From: Schmidtea nova
Lineage: Eukaryota
Direction: 5' to 3'
DNA: 64,000 nucleotides
Assembly (NCBI GenBank): GCA_044892505.1
Contig: CM097882.1
Span: forward strand, 126,046,001 to 126,110,000
Shown: one piece after another, positions 60,653 through 64,000 of the stretch
How the letters are laid out: each line of letters opens with the position of its first letter
Numbering within the stretch: position 1 is the first letter of the stretch
Translations under genes and position numbers: made by a program
Notes under the pieces: generated by a model
Databases searched by the model: none
What the model was told of the DNA's origin: nothing
What the model saw: only the letters and a program-made list of their open reading frames with translations

Positions 60653-62750
60653 TAGCGACCACGCCAGGACCAACAACAATTCAATATATGAATACATTTA
60701 TTCCAACTCCAAAATTTTTTAATTTTTACGATAATATGGAATAATAAGAAAAAATTAATAGATTTTTTGAATTGACACAGATTCAAGAACAACTTAGAAC
60801 TACAATTCTAAATACATTTCTTTCAGTAGATGCAGTAAAAATCTACGAAACAGTGGAAAAATCAATTGAAAGCTTTGAAGAAAGATTCAAGAAAGCATTT
60901 AAAAATCCACTGCATTTTCTTGCAGATATAACCAAGGATGTTGAGTCGGAGTCGGAGTCGGAGTCGGAGTCGGAGTCGGAGTCGGAGTCGGAGTCGGAGT
61001 CGGAGTCGGAGTCGAGAAGTCGAGGAGTCGAAGGTTTTTCGAGGAGTCGATGTCGGAGTCAGAGTAGATAGAAATTAGTCGACTCTTCGACTCCCTTTCC
61101 ACTTCGGAAAAAATTAATTAAACTTCTCTCTATTTTACGCACGCATGTTAAATTTACGAAAAATATGAATGCTAATCAAATAAAATGCACACCAGATCCC
61201 AGATTAGCGGTCTAAAAAACGAACAATGCATGGATACAGAGCGAGGGATAGTTTTATTATTCAAGAACCCAAAAGAGATAAGAAATAATGTGTCTAGAGA
61301 AAAATTTATTCAAAATTTATTCATCTGTTTAATGTATTCCATTCTAAAATGAAACAGTTGGTTAAACTTAAATACAGTGAAATAATTGTAGTAAAAATAA
61401 TTAATTACCAACGAGTTTTAGAAAATTTATTTTTATAACATCAACTGCCTATTTAAACAATTGAAATTAAATTAAACACAATAATTAAATTAAGCACAAT
61501 AATTAATAATTTAAAGTATAAAATAAAACGAAATAAATAATAACGACAAAAAAAGAAAGTTTAAACTATATATTTCATTGCTCTCTCGTAATTAATAAGA
61601 AAGTTATTAATTCCGTCTTTAATTAATAAACTTTGATAACTAGTTTTAACCATTGTTTTTATGGTAAAATTACGAAAAGGTAGGACCTGGGACTCTGAAT
61701 CGGAAACGGGAATCAGATATTTTTCAGGAATCGGAATTAGTAATATTTCCACGATTCCTGAACTTTTTTAATGCCTATGGTAATGTTAAAAAAAATATTC
61801 TAAAATCCATATCTCCGGTAATATTTATCATATAACAATAAGATTAACACTTCTAAATTGCTGGTAGCTTTCTCTATTGATTCAATGAAATACACCATTC
61901 TCAAAATAATATTTAATAGTGACAACTTATTTCAAAGTTCGACCATTTTCCCGTGATAAAATTTCTTTAGCTGGATTTCGAAATTTGTAACTTCATTCAT
62001 ACTTATCTTATATATAAGATTAATATTTTTGAATTTCCTGTAGCTTCTTTTATCGTCGTAACGTAAAACAACGATCTAAAAAAGTATCTTATAGTGACAA
62101 CCAAATTTCAATGGTAAACAATTTTTTCAGTAATTAATTTTCGAAATCTTGTGGTGCCTTAATGAAACTGAAAGGAGTCGGGAGTCGATCGTTTTCCAAT
62201 TGACTCCCCATCCCTGGATATAATATAACAGCAATGCTTGACTTCAAACGAGGATCAGAATCAGTCCAAATGTTTTTCAATAAAGTTGACAAAATAGTTA
62301 ATCGAGTTCTGAAACATGAGTTGACTAAGGAGAAATCAACCAAATTTATATTACAGAATGCGACAGAAGATACCGAAATTCGAAAAGAAATCAAATTGAG
62401 GAATGTTACAAAGATAGAAGAAGTTAAAAAGAAATGGAAGCTGAAAATCCGATTGACGTAATAAAATAACAGAAACAAACTTATGCAAGCATAACAAGAA
62501 GTTAATGAAATATCGAAATTTGATAATTTAAGCTGAGGTATGAAGATGAATTGAGATTACATGAAAATTGCCGAAGAAAATCAGTATATCACCAGACAAA
62601 CAATCAAATAATTGATAATAAACTATCAAAAGAAATCCTGGACTTGCTGCATCCCAAGATACTTATGACATCAATGTCCAAATTTAAAGTGTGTAAGATG
62701 TCATAAAAATTGACATTAGCTCAACAATGTTTTGAGGGTAAATCAAATGT
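60653..62750 (+). pseudogene. Ty3/gypsy gag relic with upstream PBS-like motif, interrupted by a MITE
   Basis: TAGCGACCACGCCAGGAC (60653-60670) resembles tRNA-Arg-type PBSs. SFEERFKKAF, FKRGSESVQMFF, and a decayed knuckle CVRCHKN*H-AQQC at 62690-62731. Confidence 0.6.
60933..62216. mobile_element. hAT-like non-autonomous element with (GAGTCG)n subterminal array
   Basis: CAAGGATG / CATCCCTG ends; flanks GATATAAC / GATATAAT; about 12 GAGTCG copies at 60943-61014. Confidence 0.7.
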
Positions 62751-63195
62751 AGAATTTAAACAGTACCAAACAAAAAAGAAATTGGGTAATCAAGATCAGA
62801 CAGAGAATCAAATGAACCAAAAGTGATATCAACAACCAAGACATTATCAGTTCCCGCAGCGCATGGCCGCAGTTAGCAATTAATGCGACAGTGACAATGA
62901 TCAAATCTCCGAAGACCGAAATACAAGTGCTCCGTTACACGACGAAAAAATAGGAACGTAGCAATAAAGAAAATTAATATTATGTGCAATGAATGGAGTG
63001 TATTATGTATGAATGATAATACTAGTTTATATAATAATTTTGAATTGTATGTAAACGTGACATCATATGTCATTGATATTAATTACGATGATGTATGTAA
63101 TACAAGTGTTCTCCTTCGCTTAAAGATTTGGAAATGCACCAGCCGTTTTGCTAATGAAACGACATTTCTACCAATTTTTCAACTACAAAAAATTA

Positions 63196-64000
63196 TCAAA
63201 AATTATATTGTTGGTTTCCTCGACTTGTTAATTGAGTGAATACTAGCATAAAGAAATGCAAACATGGAAATGAAACCATTTTAAAAGCTAATTTTCTCAA
63301 ATCAGCATTCAATTGACCAGGGAATCTCAAACATGTTGTCATCCCACTCATTATAGCTCTTACTAATTGATTCAAATTCTCGTAAGTTGGAGTTGTCAAT
63401 TTCAAACTTCTAAAGCAAATATCGCATAAAGCTTCATTGTCAATACAGAATGTTTCATAAGTATTTTCAACTAACTGATGGACTGATAAAGTAGCATTGT
63501 AGGGTTCAACAAAGGTGTCTGACACTTTGGGTGATAGCACAACCGAGAATGTGTTCATAATTCTGTCTTGATATACTTTTATGATTTTAGAGATTAGTAG
63601 GGTTCCCATACCAGAACTTGTTCCACCTACCAATGAGTGAGTCAATTGAAAACATCGCAAACAGTCACAAGATTCAGCTTCTTTTCGTACAAGATCTAAA
63701 ACAGAGTTGAGTAATTCTGCCCCTTCGGTGTAATGTCCTTTGGCCCAGTTATTACCAGCTCCACTTTGTCTGAAAACAAAGTTGTCTGGTCTGAATAATT
63801 GACCAAATAGTCCAGCTCTCACAGAATCCATAGTTCCCGGTTGCAAATCAATCAGAATTGCTCGGTGAACATACTTTCCACCAGTAGCTTCATTCTAGTT
63901 GCAAATTGGAATCTCCGTGGTATGTATCAGTTGGATCAATACCATGCTCATCAGAAATAACTTCCCAAAACTTGGCACCAATTTGGTTATCACAATGACC
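63196..64000 (-). pseudogene. TUBB: Beta-tubulin pseudogene (intronless over this stretch, 3'-truncated)
   Basis: [56 protein letters not shown] 20-nt deletion gives TGA at 63892-63890; GGGTGSG became VGGTSSG; stop after QQYNF. Confidence 0.92.

Noticed and set aside
60772-61102. ORFs with ES and TP dipeptide runs
   Set aside because: Artefacts of the (GAGTCG)n array of the inserted MITE; only the first ~54 aa belong to the gag relic.

Overview
AT-rich eukaryotic (probably invertebrate) scaffold with four N gaps, made almost entirely of nested mobile elements. The main signal is a family of unusually large LTR-type units with TG(T/C/G)TGG...CCAACA ends and 4-bp target-site duplications. One copy (3511-6351, minus strand) is followed by a tRNA-Pro primer-binding site, an IAP-type RING ORF, a hairpin tandem array and gag, so it reads as the 5' LTR of a Ty3/gypsy-like retrotransposon running off the left edge. 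A solo copy lies at 15985-18657. Both LTRs contain a complete-looking gene: CCAAT+TATA, a splice donor, a ~1.15-kb putative intron holding two classes of conserved hairpins (one with UGUAHAUA loops), an acceptor, a ~197-aa coiled-coil/Arg-rich ORF with mostly synonymous divergence, AATAAA and a very conserved U5 block. This suggests a Rev/RRE- or Tat/TAR-like module inside an LTR (hypothesis). Three further related LTR units are nested inside one another at 29371-36221. The rest is two decayed Polinton-like pPolB loci (one beside ATPase and TBP-like relics), hAT, IS630/Tc1, pogo and gag relics, MITEs, satellites, a few possible host exons and a beta-tubulin pseudogene. All alignments were done by eye; no searches were run.
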